The notes beneath the pieces were generated by a model, which was not told the DNA's origin, searched no databases, and saw nothing but the letters and a program-made list of their open reading frames with translations. Shown in pieces: positions 8,525 to 16,913 of a stretch of 32,083 nucleotides of DNA. The translations under genes and the position numbers were made by a program. Within the stretch, counting starts at the first letter, position 1; the number at the start of each line of letters is the position of its first letter. Origin of the DNA: a virus (lineage: Duplodnaviria; Caudoviricetes); IMG/VR virus record IMGVR_UViG_3300044709_000074, positions 1 through 32,083 of that record. The stretch is one strand, 5' to 3'.

Positions 8525-8580
8525 CCTGCCAACGTCGACCCGTCCGCCGGTAGCTGGCGCAGCCGGAGGTGGGTGACCCG

Positions 8581-10245
8581 GTGGGCCTGCTCGACCGCAT
8601 CGCCGCCGCCCGCAGCGAAACCCGGTACTCGATCGACAGCTACATCACCGACTACCTCCTCCCGACCCAGTTCGGGTACGGCGGGAACCAGTACCAGGTC
8701 GGCGGGTACAACGGCCTCGTCCAGACCCTCGCCGGTAACCGCGCATCGGAGATCGTCAACACCCTGCCCGGCTACATGGCCGCGCTGCGGCAGTGTCCAC
8801 CCGCGTTCGCGGCGGAACTGGTCCGCGCGTCGGTGCTGTCCCAGGCCAGGTTCACGTTCCGTAACCTTCCGGGCAGGCCGAACGCCCGCAAGCAGTTCGG
8901 TACCCGCGAGCTCGCCGTCCTGGAAAAGCCCTGGGGTTCCTCGACGACCGGCGAGCTGATCGCCCGGATGGAGTGGCACGCCGGAGTCGCCGGGAACGCC
9001 TACGTCACCCGCCGACCGGACCGGCTGCGGGTCCTGCGCCCGGACTGGGTGGCGGTGCTCTACGGGTCCGAGCAGGAGCCCGAGGACGCCATCCACGCGC
9101 TCGACGGGACGCTGCTGGGCTACGTCTACCAGAACGGCGGGCTGTACTCGTCGGGGAACAAGCCGACGACGCTGCTGCCGGCGGACGTGGCGCACTGGTC
9201 GCCGATACCCGATCCGGAGGCCGGCGAGGTCGGCATGTCCTGGATCACCCCGGCGATCCGGGAGATGCAGGGCGACCGCATGGTCGCCGAGCATAAGATC
9301 CGCTTTTGGGAGAATGGCGCAACACCTAACCTCGTGGTCAAGGGCATCCCCGCGGTCACGAAGCCGCAGTTCGACGAGATCGTCGACGCGATGGAGGCCA
9401 AGCACGCCGGGGTCGCCAACGCCTACCGCACCCTCTACCTGACGGCCGGCGCGGACGCCACCGTGGTCGGCAGCAACCTCGCCGCCCTGGACCTCAAGAG
9501 TGTGCAGGGTGCCACCGAGACCCGGATCGCATCACTGTCCCGCGTCCACCCGGTCATCCTCGGCATCGCCGAAGGGTTGTCCGGCTCCGCGCTGAACGCC
9601 GGCAACTTCGGCATGGCGCGGCGGATCTGGGCGGACACCTGGATCTATCCGACGCTCCAGGATCTCGTCGCCAGCCTGGCCACGATCATCAACGTTCCGT
9701 CCGGCGCCGAGCTGTGGTTCGACACCACCGACATGCCGATCCTGCGTGAGGACGCCAAGGACGCCGCCGACATCGCGCACACCAACTCGACCACCGTCAC
9801 CCAGTTGGTGCGCGAAGGCTACCTTCCCGACTCGGCCGTCGCCGCGGTGATCGCGCAGGATCTCGCCCTGCTCAAGCACACCGGGAACCTGTCCGTCCAG
9901 CTCCAGCCGCCGGGCGCCGGGCACCTCGACCCGAAGCTGAAGCAGGAGACCGAAGAGGCGCAGCTCGTCGACGCCCAGATGCAGGCCATCAACACCGGCA
10001 TCCAGGCCGGGTTCGAACCGGAGTCCGTGGTCAAGGCCGTCGAGGCCGGGGACCTGTCGCTGATGAAGTTCGCCGGCCAGCTCGGCGCGGCCGGAGCCCC
10101 CGGCGCGGCCGCGGCACCGGTCGGCAACATCGGCGACCTCGACTGGGGGCTGTTCGGCGGCGACCAGGGCGGCGGAACCCCGGCACCCGACGCAACCGCA
10201 CCGCCGGCCGCCCAGCAGCCACCACCGGTTCCGCAACCCGCATAG
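8581..10245 (+). CDS. HK97-family portal protein with extended C-terminus
   Basis: GNAYV, LRPDWV, GMSWI, FWENGATP, HAGVANA; GGAGGT RBS favours GTG 8581. Confidence 0.93.
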   Translation: MGLLDRIAAARSETRYSIDSYITDYLLPTQFGYGGNQYQVGGYNGLVQTLAGNRASEIVNTLPGYMAALRQCPPAFAAELVRASVLSQARFTFRNLPGRPNARKQFGTRELAVLEKPWGSSTTGELIARMEWHAGVAGNAYVTRRPDRLRVLRPDWVAVLYGSEQEPEDAIHALDGTLLGYVYQNGGLYSSGNKPTTLLPADVAHWSPIPDPEAGEVGMSWITPAIREMQGDRMVAEHKIRFWENGATPNLVVKGIPAVTKPQFDEIVDAMEAKHAGVANAYRTLYLTAGADATVVGSNLAALDLKSVQGATETRIASLSRVHPVILGIAEGLSGSALNAGNFGMARRIWADTWIYPTLQDLVASLATIINVPSGAELWFDTTDMPILREDAKDAADIAHTNSTTVTQLVREGYLPDSAVAAVIAQDLALLKHTGNLSVQLQPPGAGHLDPKLKQETEEAQLVDAQMQAINTGIQAGFEPESVVKAVEAGDLSLMKFAGQLGAAGAPGAAAAPVGNIGDLDWGLFGGDQGGGTPAPDATAPPAAQQPPPVPQPA

Positions 10246-10254
10246 GGGGCCGGC

Positions 10255-11658
10255 GTGGGCACCTTCAACGCCACCCTGCACCCCCGCGGCCCGAACGGCA
10301 GGTTCACGCGCTCGTTCGCCCGGCACATGAGCAGCCCCGACGGGGTCAAGGCGAAGAAGGTCAAGGCCGGCTTCCATGCCCACACCTTCCATGGCCCCGA
10401 CGACGCCCACACCTACCTCGGCCACCTGTCCGGGGTGAAGACCCCCGGCAAGGCCGGCGGCGGTGGAGGGATCCGGCAGTACCTCGACAACGGCACCCTG
10501 AAGACCGCCAACGAGGCGCTGCGGGCCGGGAAGACCGACAACCCGGCGGTTCACGCCATCGACGCCACGATGAAGCCGCTCCCCGACGACCTGCAACTGT
10601 TCCGCACCGTCCCGGCCAGCAAGTTCGGCAAGGTCGACCCGAAGTCCCTAGAAGGCATGCTGGTCAGCGACGCCGGCTACTTCCCGGCCACCATCGCCCC
10701 ACAGAAGGGCGGGCCGGGCACCGTCCAGCTCCACGTCCAGGCGCCCGCCGGCACCAAGGCGGCGGTGGACCCCGACTCCGGTCAGGTCGTCCTCGGACAC
10801 GGCGCTGAGATGGCCGTCGACAGCGTGGACGTGGCACCGGACGGCTCGACCCGGATGAACCTGGTCGCACTTCCCAGCGAGGGTGTGAGCGCGCCGGCGG
10901 CCAGCACCGGTGACCCGGGCCCGGGCAACCCACCCCCCGCCCCAGGTACCGGAGACCTCGCCAGACGCATCACCTCTCAAGGCGTGGCCGAACGACACCT
11001 GATCAGTGGCGGCCAGATGGGCACCGCGGAACGCGTCGTTCTCGACGACGGCACCGAGGTCTTCGCCAAGGAGAACGAGGAGTGGGGCGGCCGGAGTCCC
11101 CGTACGGCCACGGACGCGGAACAACTCGCGGCCCGGGTGGCGGAGGTACTGCGCGCCCCCGTCCCGCAGGTTCACCGCACCGGCGAAAACAGCCTCATGA
11201 CCGACTGGACGCCGGGTCGCACCGCGGACGAGGCCTACAACGACCCGAACCCACCGGTTGACCCGGACACGCTCGTCGACACAGGCCCGGGCCGACGCCT
11301 GGGACTCCTGGACATGCTCGTCGCCAACCCGGACCGACATGACGGCAACTGGATGGTCACGGACGACGGCCAGCTCGTCGGGATCGATCACGGTCTGGCC
11401 TGGTTCCCGGTGGACCTCGACGACGACTCCGACCCGTTCCTGCCCACCGAAATCCGCGGCCCGTTCGTCCGGGGATTCAGGACCGGTGACCGCACCCTGA
11501 TGACACCGGCGGACGTGGTCGAGATCCGGCGGCGACTGGAGTCGCTGCGCCCCGAGTTCGAGCATCTTGGTCACGGTGCCTGGCTGGACCACTCCCTCGA
11601 CACGCTCGGCCGCATCGGCGCCGACGCGAACGGATCAAGGTCGATCTTCGATGACTGA
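10255..11658 (+). CDS. Head-module effector: HPRGxxGRF motif + degenerate VIP2-like ADP-ribosyltransferase + HipA/PI3-4-kinase-like domain
   Basis: ART-like NEALR, LQLFR, DAGYFPAT, APAGTKAA; kinase GGQMG, FAK, EQLA, NPDRHDGNW, IDHG. Confidence 0.75.
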   Translation: MGTFNATLHPRGPNGRFTRSFARHMSSPDGVKAKKVKAGFHAHTFHGPDDAHTYLGHLSGVKTPGKAGGGGGIRQYLDNGTLKTANEALRAGKTDNPAVHAIDATMKPLPDDLQLFRTVPASKFGKVDPKSLEGMLVSDAGYFPATIAPQKGGPGTVQLHVQAPAGTKAAVDPDSGQVVLGHGAEMAVDSVDVAPDGSTRMNLVALPSEGVSAPAASTGDPGPGNPPPAPGTGDLARRITSQGVAERHLISGGQMGTAERVVLDDGTEVFAKENEEWGGRSPRTATDAEQLAARVAEVLRAPVPQVHRTGENSLMTDWTPGRTADEAYNDPNPPVDPDTLVDTGPGRRLGLLDMLVANPDRHDGNWMVTDDGQLVGIDHGLAWFPVDLDDDSDPFLPTEIRGPFVRGFRTGDRTLMTPADVVEIRRRLESLRPEFEHLGHGAWLDHSLDTLGRIGADANGSRSIFDD

Positions 11659-11887
11659 GCTGCGACTGGTAACGACGACAGGCGACCGCGTGGTCGGCAC
11701 CATCCGTATCGAGGACGGCGCGGCCGTCTTCACCGGCCGGTCGGCCGAGGTCATCTTCCGTAATACCCAGAGGCAACGCCAGGCCAAGAAGTCCGATCAG
11801 GAAATCTTCGACCTGCTCGCGCAGGGCTGGTCCAACGGACCACTGAAGCTCGTGGCGCAGAAGGCGGCGCAGCCGCAGGGTGGGTGA
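11651..11887 (+). CDS. Small protein, candidate immunity/partner of the kinase
   Basis: 8-nt overlap with kinase gene; MTELRLVTTTGDRVVG...GWSNGPL; function inferred from position. Confidence 0.6.
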   Translation: MTELRLVTTTGDRVVGTIRIEDGAAVFTGRSAEVIFRNTQRQRQAKKSDQEIFDLLAQGWSNGPLKLVAQKAAQPQGG

Positions 11888-12183
11888 GGCTCGTGGGCGA
11901 CTACGACCTGTTCCTGCTGTACCGGGCCGAACGCGCCGCCGGCCACGATGACCAGAAGCTGCACCACTACTGGACCCAGGGCGAAGGCAAAGCGAAGTGG
12001 GCCGGCTCGCCGCAGCCGTGGACCACGCTGGTCGCCCACCTGACCAAACACGTCGGCCTGGCCAAGGCGAAGGTCTACGCCAGCCGCTGGTTCTACGAGG
12101 TCTTCGGCTTCTACGCCGGCAGCGACAAGAACAGGGTCATCCACGGTAAGCCCCCACGGGGCAAGGTCGTCGGCCCCGGCTAG
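11884..12183 (+). CDS. Small basic head-associated protein (YWTxGEGxAKW motif)
   Basis: GTGA overlap; KLHHYWTQGEGKAKW. Confidence 0.7.
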   Translation: MRLVGDYDLFLLYRAERAAGHDDQKLHHYWTQGEGKAKWAGSPQPWTTLVAHLTKHVGLAKAKVYASRWFYEVFGFYAGSDKNRVIHGKPPRGKVVGPG

Positions 12184-12228
12184 CGCCTGATCTCCAGCCC
12201 ACTCACCTGCAAGGGAGGTGCGTGGGCG

Positions 12229-12972
12229 ATGACCCATGCCCAGATTCGTGACCTCGGCATCTGCGTCCGGTCCTTCGACTTCGAACTGCGCGGCGAGAGT
12301 GCCGATGGCCTGACCCTGGAGGGCTACGCCGCAGTCTTCAACACCCCGACCCGGATCCGCGACCGCCAGGGCGACTTCGACGAGACGATCCTGCCCGGTG
12401 CGTTCAAGCGCAGCCTGGGTGAGCGGACCCCGGTGTTGCAGTGGGACCACGGTCGCGACCCGTCCGTCGGCACCGCGCCGATCGGTGACATCACCGACCT
12501 GCGCGAGGACGACCGCGGCCTGCTCGTCCGGGCCCGCCTCTACGACCACCCGTCCACCGAGCGGGTCCGGATGGGGATCAAGGGGAAGTCCGTCAAGGGC
12601 ATGAGCTTCCGCTTCGGCGTGCCAGACGGTGGCGAGGTCTGGTCCAAGCGCGACGGCATGGACGTGCGCGAAATCCGCGACGCCGACGTTCACGAACTCG
12701 GGCCCGTCGTCTTCCCCGCCTACAAGACCACCAGCGTGAGCCTCCGCTCCCTGCTGGCCGACCCGGATGAGTACCGGGCCCTGATCCGCGACCTCGCAGC
12801 CGAGCTGCGCAGCGCGCCGGATCTCACAGACCTCGTCGGGCAACCCGTGCCAGTGCGCCCGGGTGGCGACGAACACGACGCGAAGCCCAGCAGCGGTAGA
12901 GCGCCGGCACCGCCCCACCTCCGCCAGCGCCTAGACGAGGGCGCACTCCGAACCAGGGGAATCCTGACGTGA
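12229..12972 (+). CDS. HK97-type prohead protease
   Basis: LEGYAAVFN, ETILPGAF, WDH (catalytic His), GMSFRF (catalytic Ser), VVFPAY. Confidence 0.95.
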   Translation: MTHAQIRDLGICVRSFDFELRGESADGLTLEGYAAVFNTPTRIRDRQGDFDETILPGAFKRSLGERTPVLQWDHGRDPSVGTAPIGDITDLREDDRGLLVRARLYDHPSTERVRMGIKGKSVKGMSFRFGVPDGGEVWSKRDGMDVREIRDADVHELGPVVFPAYKTTSVSLRSLLADPDEYRALIRDLAAELRSAPDLTDLVGQPVPVRPGGDEHDAKPSSGRAPAPPHLRQRLDEGALRTRGILT

Positions 12973-14546
12973 AGAACATCCCTCGGCCGACGATCATCGG
13001 CTACCGCAAGTCCGGCGCCCCGATCTGGCTCGGCCAGGGCGCCTCCGTCGACTTCGAGATCATGCCCGAGCTTCGCAGCAAGTCCGTCGACGACCTCGGC
13101 GACACCATGCCCGACGAGCTGCGCGGCAAGACCCCCGACGAACTGGTGCACTACAGCCAGATCCTCGACGCGCACCTGCGGGCCATCCACCAGGACGAGA
13201 ACACCGGCACGCTACGGGACAAGACGCCCGCCGAGCAGAAGGCCTTCGACTACGGGCTGAAGGTCCGCGACCTGATCATCAGGAAGATCGACGAGCACCG
13301 CGCGGTGCAGGAGGTCTTCAACCGTCGACCGAAGTCCGTCGAGGCCGCCATGATGAACCTCGGCGCCAGCCGCGACAAGACCGACCCGTACGGCGACATC
13401 CGCGCCATGCAGCCGGCGGAGGCGCGCAACCGGGCGCTGCACCGCCTCGACGACCGGGGTGCCACCGGGCACATGTCCGACGCCCAGAAGGCGGAGGTCG
13501 AGAAGCAGATCCGCAAGGATCCGGACATCGCCCGCCGGATCCTGGTCACCGAGACCGACGCCTACCGCTCGGCGTGGATGAAGCTGGTGACCCAGCCGGA
13601 CGCCGGCATGTTCCTGGAGGACGACGAGCGCCAGGCCGTGCGGCGCTTCAACGAGTACCGGGCCATGGCGGAGTGGACGACCACCGCAGGCGGCTTCGGC
13701 ATCCCGGTGTTCATCGACCCGTCGATCATCCTGACGGCGCAGGAGACGGACAACCCGTTCCTCCAGCTCGCCCGCCAGGTGACGGTCAACACGAACCAGT
13801 GGAAGGGCGTCTCCAGTTCCGGCGTGACCTGGGCGTTCCAGACGGAAGCCGCGGCCACGACGGACAACAGCCCGACGCTGGCGCAGCCGAGCGTCGTCGT
13901 GCACATGGCCCGCGGGTTCATCCCGTACTCGATCGAGGTCGGGCAGGACTACCCGTCCTTCGCCGAGGAGATGGCCGCCCTGCTCGCCGCCGGCTACGAC
14001 GAGCTGCTCGTCGACAAGTTCACCCGCGGCTCCGGCTCCGGCGAGCCGTTCGGCCTGCTGACCGCGCTGTCGGCGAACACCAACGTCCGCGTCACCATCA
14101 CCACCAGCGGCACGGCGTTCGGATCGAACGACCCGTACAAGACGTGGCAGGCGCTGCCGCAGAAGTACCGCCGGAAGGCGTCCTGGCTCATGTCCGTGGA
14201 CGTCAACAACAAGATCCGACAGCTCGGCACCGCGAACGTGTTCCACGCCTTCACCGAGAACATGCAGGCGGAATGGCTCGCGATCCTGTTCAACAAGGGC
14301 GTCTACGAGTCGCCGTACATGCCGGACACCACGACCAGCACGTCGGCGACGTCCGGGCTGGCGATCGTGGGTGATTTCCAGAATTACGTGGTGGCGCGGC
14401 GCGGCGGGATGTCGGTCGAACTCGTACCCACGCTTTTCGATGTGACCAATAACCGCCCCACAGGTCAGCGCGGTTGGTTCGCATATGCAAGAGTCGGGGG
14501 GAACAGCGTCAATGACCTGGGCTTCCGCTTGATGGTGAATACCTAG
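12969..14546 (+). CDS. Major capsid protein (HK97 fold, long N-terminal delta-like region)
   Basis: GGFGIP, NPFLQLAR, GSGSGEPFGL, GDFQNYVV, GQRGWFAYARVGG. Confidence 0.95.
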   Translation: MKNIPRPTIIGYRKSGAPIWLGQGASVDFEIMPELRSKSVDDLGDTMPDELRGKTPDELVHYSQILDAHLRAIHQDENTGTLRDKTPAEQKAFDYGLKVRDLIIRKIDEHRAVQEVFNRRPKSVEAAMMNLGASRDKTDPYGDIRAMQPAEARNRALHRLDDRGATGHMSDAQKAEVEKQIRKDPDIARRILVTETDAYRSAWMKLVTQPDAGMFLEDDERQAVRRFNEYRAMAEWTTTAGGFGIPVFIDPSIILTAQETDNPFLQLARQVTVNTNQWKGVSSSGVTWAFQTEAAATTDNSPTLAQPSVVVHMARGFIPYSIEVGQDYPSFAEEMAALLAAGYDELLVDKFTRGSGSGEPFGLLTALSANTNVRVTITTSGTAFGSNDPYKTWQALPQKYRRKASWLMSVDVNNKIRQLGTANVFHAFTENMQAEWLAILFNKGVYESPYMPDTTTSTSATSGLAIVGDFQNYVVARRGGMSVELVPTLFDVTNNRPTGQRGWFAYARVGGNSVNDLGFRLMVNT

Positions 14547-14580
14547 ACCGTCGTTTTCTACATCCAGGAACAGTGGTAAA

Positions 14581-14619
14581 CTGGTGGAGTCGGAGCAGCA
14601 GTTTCTTCGACTCCACCAG
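14581..14619 (+). promoter_or_regulatory. 12-bp hairpin after the capsid gene with an overlapping -10-like TAAACT
   Basis: CTGGTGGAGTCG...CGACTCCACCAG; TAAACT at 14577-14582. Confidence 0.55.
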
Positions 14620-14646
14620 GACCACCTACCTGGAAGGTCGCCGATA

Positions 14647-15432
14647 ATGGCGCAAGGCACCTGCGCGGTCGATAAATGCGACGCACCCTCATACGTCAAG
14701 GGGATGTGTCGGCCCCACTATCGCCGCGCGGAGAAGTACGGCGACCCCCTTTACGTTCGCCCCAAAAATGCATGTGGCGTGGCTGGCTGTGAACGCCCGT
14801 TCCACGCCAACGGGTACTGCGAGATGCATCTCGGCCGCGTCCTGCGCACCGGCCGTCCGGGCCCGGCAGAACGAATCCGCGCCGAACGGCGCGCCGAGTG
14901 TCTGATCGAGGGCTGCTCGGCCGATTCCAGCGCGAAGGGATACTGCCCCCGCCACTACCAGCGGCTGAACCGTTTCGGCGATCCGCTGCACGTGCCCACG
15001 AACGCCCATCCTGACGGACCGGTTCGTGACTGCAAATGGTGCGGGAAGCAGTTCGACCGGCGCGAGGGAGGGCGTCTGCTCTGCTGCTCGGAGAAGTGCC
15101 GCCGCGTCGTGGAACTTCTGGTCAAGAGCATCGGCAGGTACTCGCTCACGCTGTCGCAGTACCGGGCCATGTGGACGGCGCAGGGCGGCGCCTGCAAGCT
15201 CTGTCGGCGGCCGGCATCGGGTCGTTCGGAAGTTCTCGCCGTCGACCACGACCACTCGTGCTGCCCGGATCAGCGATCCTGTGGGGCCTGCGTCCGGGGC
15301 CTGCTGTGCGATCGATGCAACAACGGGCTCGGCTGTTTCGGGGACAACCCGGAACTGCTGCGGGCCGCAGCCGCCTATCTGGATGCCGCAGCGACAGCGC
15401 TATCCCGAGCCGAGCTGGAGCGCCATCAGTGA
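14647..15432 (+). CDS. Endonuclease VII-family homing endonuclease with Cys/His repeats
   Basis: Three CxxxxC...GxCxxH units, then QGGACKLC, LAVDHDH, VRGLLCDRCNNGLG, DNPELLRAAAAYL. Confidence 0.9.
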   Translation: MAQGTCAVDKCDAPSYVKGMCRPHYRRAEKYGDPLYVRPKNACGVAGCERPFHANGYCEMHLGRVLRTGRPGPAERIRAERRAECLIEGCSADSSAKGYCPRHYQRLNRFGDPLHVPTNAHPDGPVRDCKWCGKQFDRREGGRLLCCSEKCRRVVELLVKSIGRYSLTLSQYRAMWTAQGGACKLCRRPASGRSEVLAVDHDHSCCPDQRSCGACVRGLLCDRCNNGLGCFGDNPELLRAAAAYLDAAATALSRAELERHQ

Positions 15433-15467
15433 AGTCATCCGACGTACCGCACCTCAGGGAGAGGTCC

Positions 15468-15794
15468 ATGGCAGACACATCCAAGCCGACACCGGCCGAG
15501 ACGCGGGCAGCCGAGCAGAAGGCCGCAGCGGAGCGCGACGCCGCGCGGGCCGAGGCCCGTACGCCGGCCACGACCGACGCCAGGTCGGAGCCCAAGGCGA
15601 AGACCGGCCCGCTCGCCCCGGCGTCGGAGTCCGGCGACCCGGACGTGCACAAGCTGCTCGCCGACCGGCAGGCGCACGTCTCCAATGCCGGGCTCGAAGC
15701 CGACCCGGCGGTCGAGGCCATGCGCAAGGCGTCGCTCGACGCGATCGAGGACATCGACAAGCGGCTGGCCGAACTGGGATTCACCGCCAAGTAG
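15468..15794 (+). CDS. Hypothetical Ala-rich head-associated protein (108 aa)
   Basis: GGAGAGG RBS; MADTSKPTP...; strong GC3. Confidence 0.75.
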   Translation: MADTSKPTPAETRAAEQKAAAERDAARAEARTPATTDARSEPKAKTGPLAPASESGDPDVHKLLADRQAHVSNAGLEADPAVEAMRKASLDAIEDIDKRLAELGFTAK

Positions 15795-15824
15795 GGCCGA
15801 CGCCCCCGGCAACACCCCATCGAC

Positions 15825-15860
15825 GTGATGGCCCCGTTTCTCCAGGAGCGGGGCCATCAC
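15825..15860 (+). promoter_or_regulatory. Strong hairpin (terminator/attenuator) ahead of the glycosylation cluster
   Basis: GTGATGGCCCCG...CGGGGCCATCAC perfect 12 bp, extendable to 16 with G-U pairs. Confidence 0.7.
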
Positions 15861-15879
15861 CACATCCTGGAGGAAGAAC

Positions 15880-16131
15880 ATGCAGGTCGTGTACGCAACA
15901 GGAACCCGCCCGGTGCAGATGTCGACCGGGATCAGCGGCATGGTGCAGAAGGGCAGCCACTGGCCGGCGAACGACCCGGTGGTGATCGCCAACCCGGACC
16001 TGTTCTCGACCGACCCCCGCTACGGGCTGCTGTACTCCGTCGAGCCGGACGGCTGGGACGCCCCGGTCGCCGAGGAGGCCACCGCGGTCCCCGGCGAGCG
16101 CCGCACCACCCGCCGGCCGGCCGCCGGATGA
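15880..16131 (+). CDS. Small phage protein (83 aa)
   Basis: GGAGGA RBS; WPANDPVVIANPDLF...EEATAVPGERR. Confidence 0.75.
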   Translation: MQVVYATGTRPVQMSTGISGMVQKGSHWPANDPVVIANPDLFSTDPRYGLLYSVEPDGWDAPVAEEATAVPGERRTTRRPAAG

Positions 16132-16913
16132 GCGAGCCGACGATCCCCACCGCACTCGCCGACCCGGCGCAGGCCGTCACCGTCGCCTACGTCCACGCCA
16201 ACGAGGTCACCTACTCCTGGCACCACTCCATGGTCGAGATGGTCGGCTGGGACCTGTCCAACCACGGCCGGATCATGGCCGGCGGATACATCGCGATGCG
16301 GTGCGGATCCGACGGACTCGTCCAGGCCCGCAACCAGGCCGTCAAGCACTTCCTGGAGGACCGGCCTGCGGACTGGATGTTCTGGATCGACACCGACATG
16401 GGCTTCACCCCGGACACCGTCGACCGGCTGCTGGAGGCAGCGGATCCGGCCGAGCGGCCCATCGTCGGCGGACTCTGCTTCTCCCTGCGCGAAACCGAGC
16501 CCGACCTGATGGGCGGATGGCGCACCGCCCCCACGCCGACGATCTTCGACTGGGCGCACGACGGGGACAGGACCGGATTCGCCGTGCGCTGGGACTACAA
16601 GGCCGAAACCCTGACCCAGGCCGCCGGGACCGGGTCCGCGTGCATCCTCATCCACCGCACGGTGTTCGAGCGGGTCGCCGAGAAGTTCGGGCCGATCTGG
16701 TACGACCGCGTCCCGAACACCGCCACCGGCCAACTGATCAGCGAGGACCTCAGCTTCTGCCTGCGCGTCGGCGCGATCGGTCTGCCTCTGTTCATCCACA
16801 CCGGCGTGCGGACCTCGCACATGAAGCCGGCATGGGTGGCCGAGGAGGACTACTGGCAGCACCGCGCCCTGAACCCGGTGCTCACGTCGCCCCGGGAGTC
16901 CACCGATGGCTGA
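16128..16913 (+). CDS. GT-A (GT2-like) glycosyltransferase 1
   Basis: ARNQAV, FWIDTDMGF (DxD), GSACILIHRTVFE, SEDLSFC, HMK. Confidence 0.85.
   Translation: MSEPTIPTALADPAQAVTVAYVHANEVTYSWHHSMVEMVGWDLSNHGRIMAGGYIAMRCGSDGLVQARNQAVKHFLEDRPADWMFWIDTDMGFTPDTVDRLLEAADPAERPIVGGLCFSLRETEPDLMGGWRTAPTPTIFDWAHDGDRTGFAVRWDYKAETLTQAAGTGSACILIHRTVFERVAEKFGPIWYDRVPNTATGQLISEDLSFCLRVGAIGLPLFIHTGVRTSHMKPAWVAEEDYWQHRALNPVLTSPRESTDG

Noticed and set aside
10470-10870. Active ADP-ribosyltransferase toxin
   Set aside because: STS and catalytic ExE motifs are missing; treated as degenerate
11870-11887. C-terminal Gly-Gly (also at 24943 and 29441) as a ubiquitin-like conjugation signal
   Set aside because: Explained by G-rich RBS sequence of the overlapping or adjacent next gene; no E1/E2/JAB genes in the window
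14547-15467. EndoVII insert as a group I intron or intein
   Set aside because: Capsid gene ends with a complete C-terminus and stop; no room for a ribozyme core and no intein motifs
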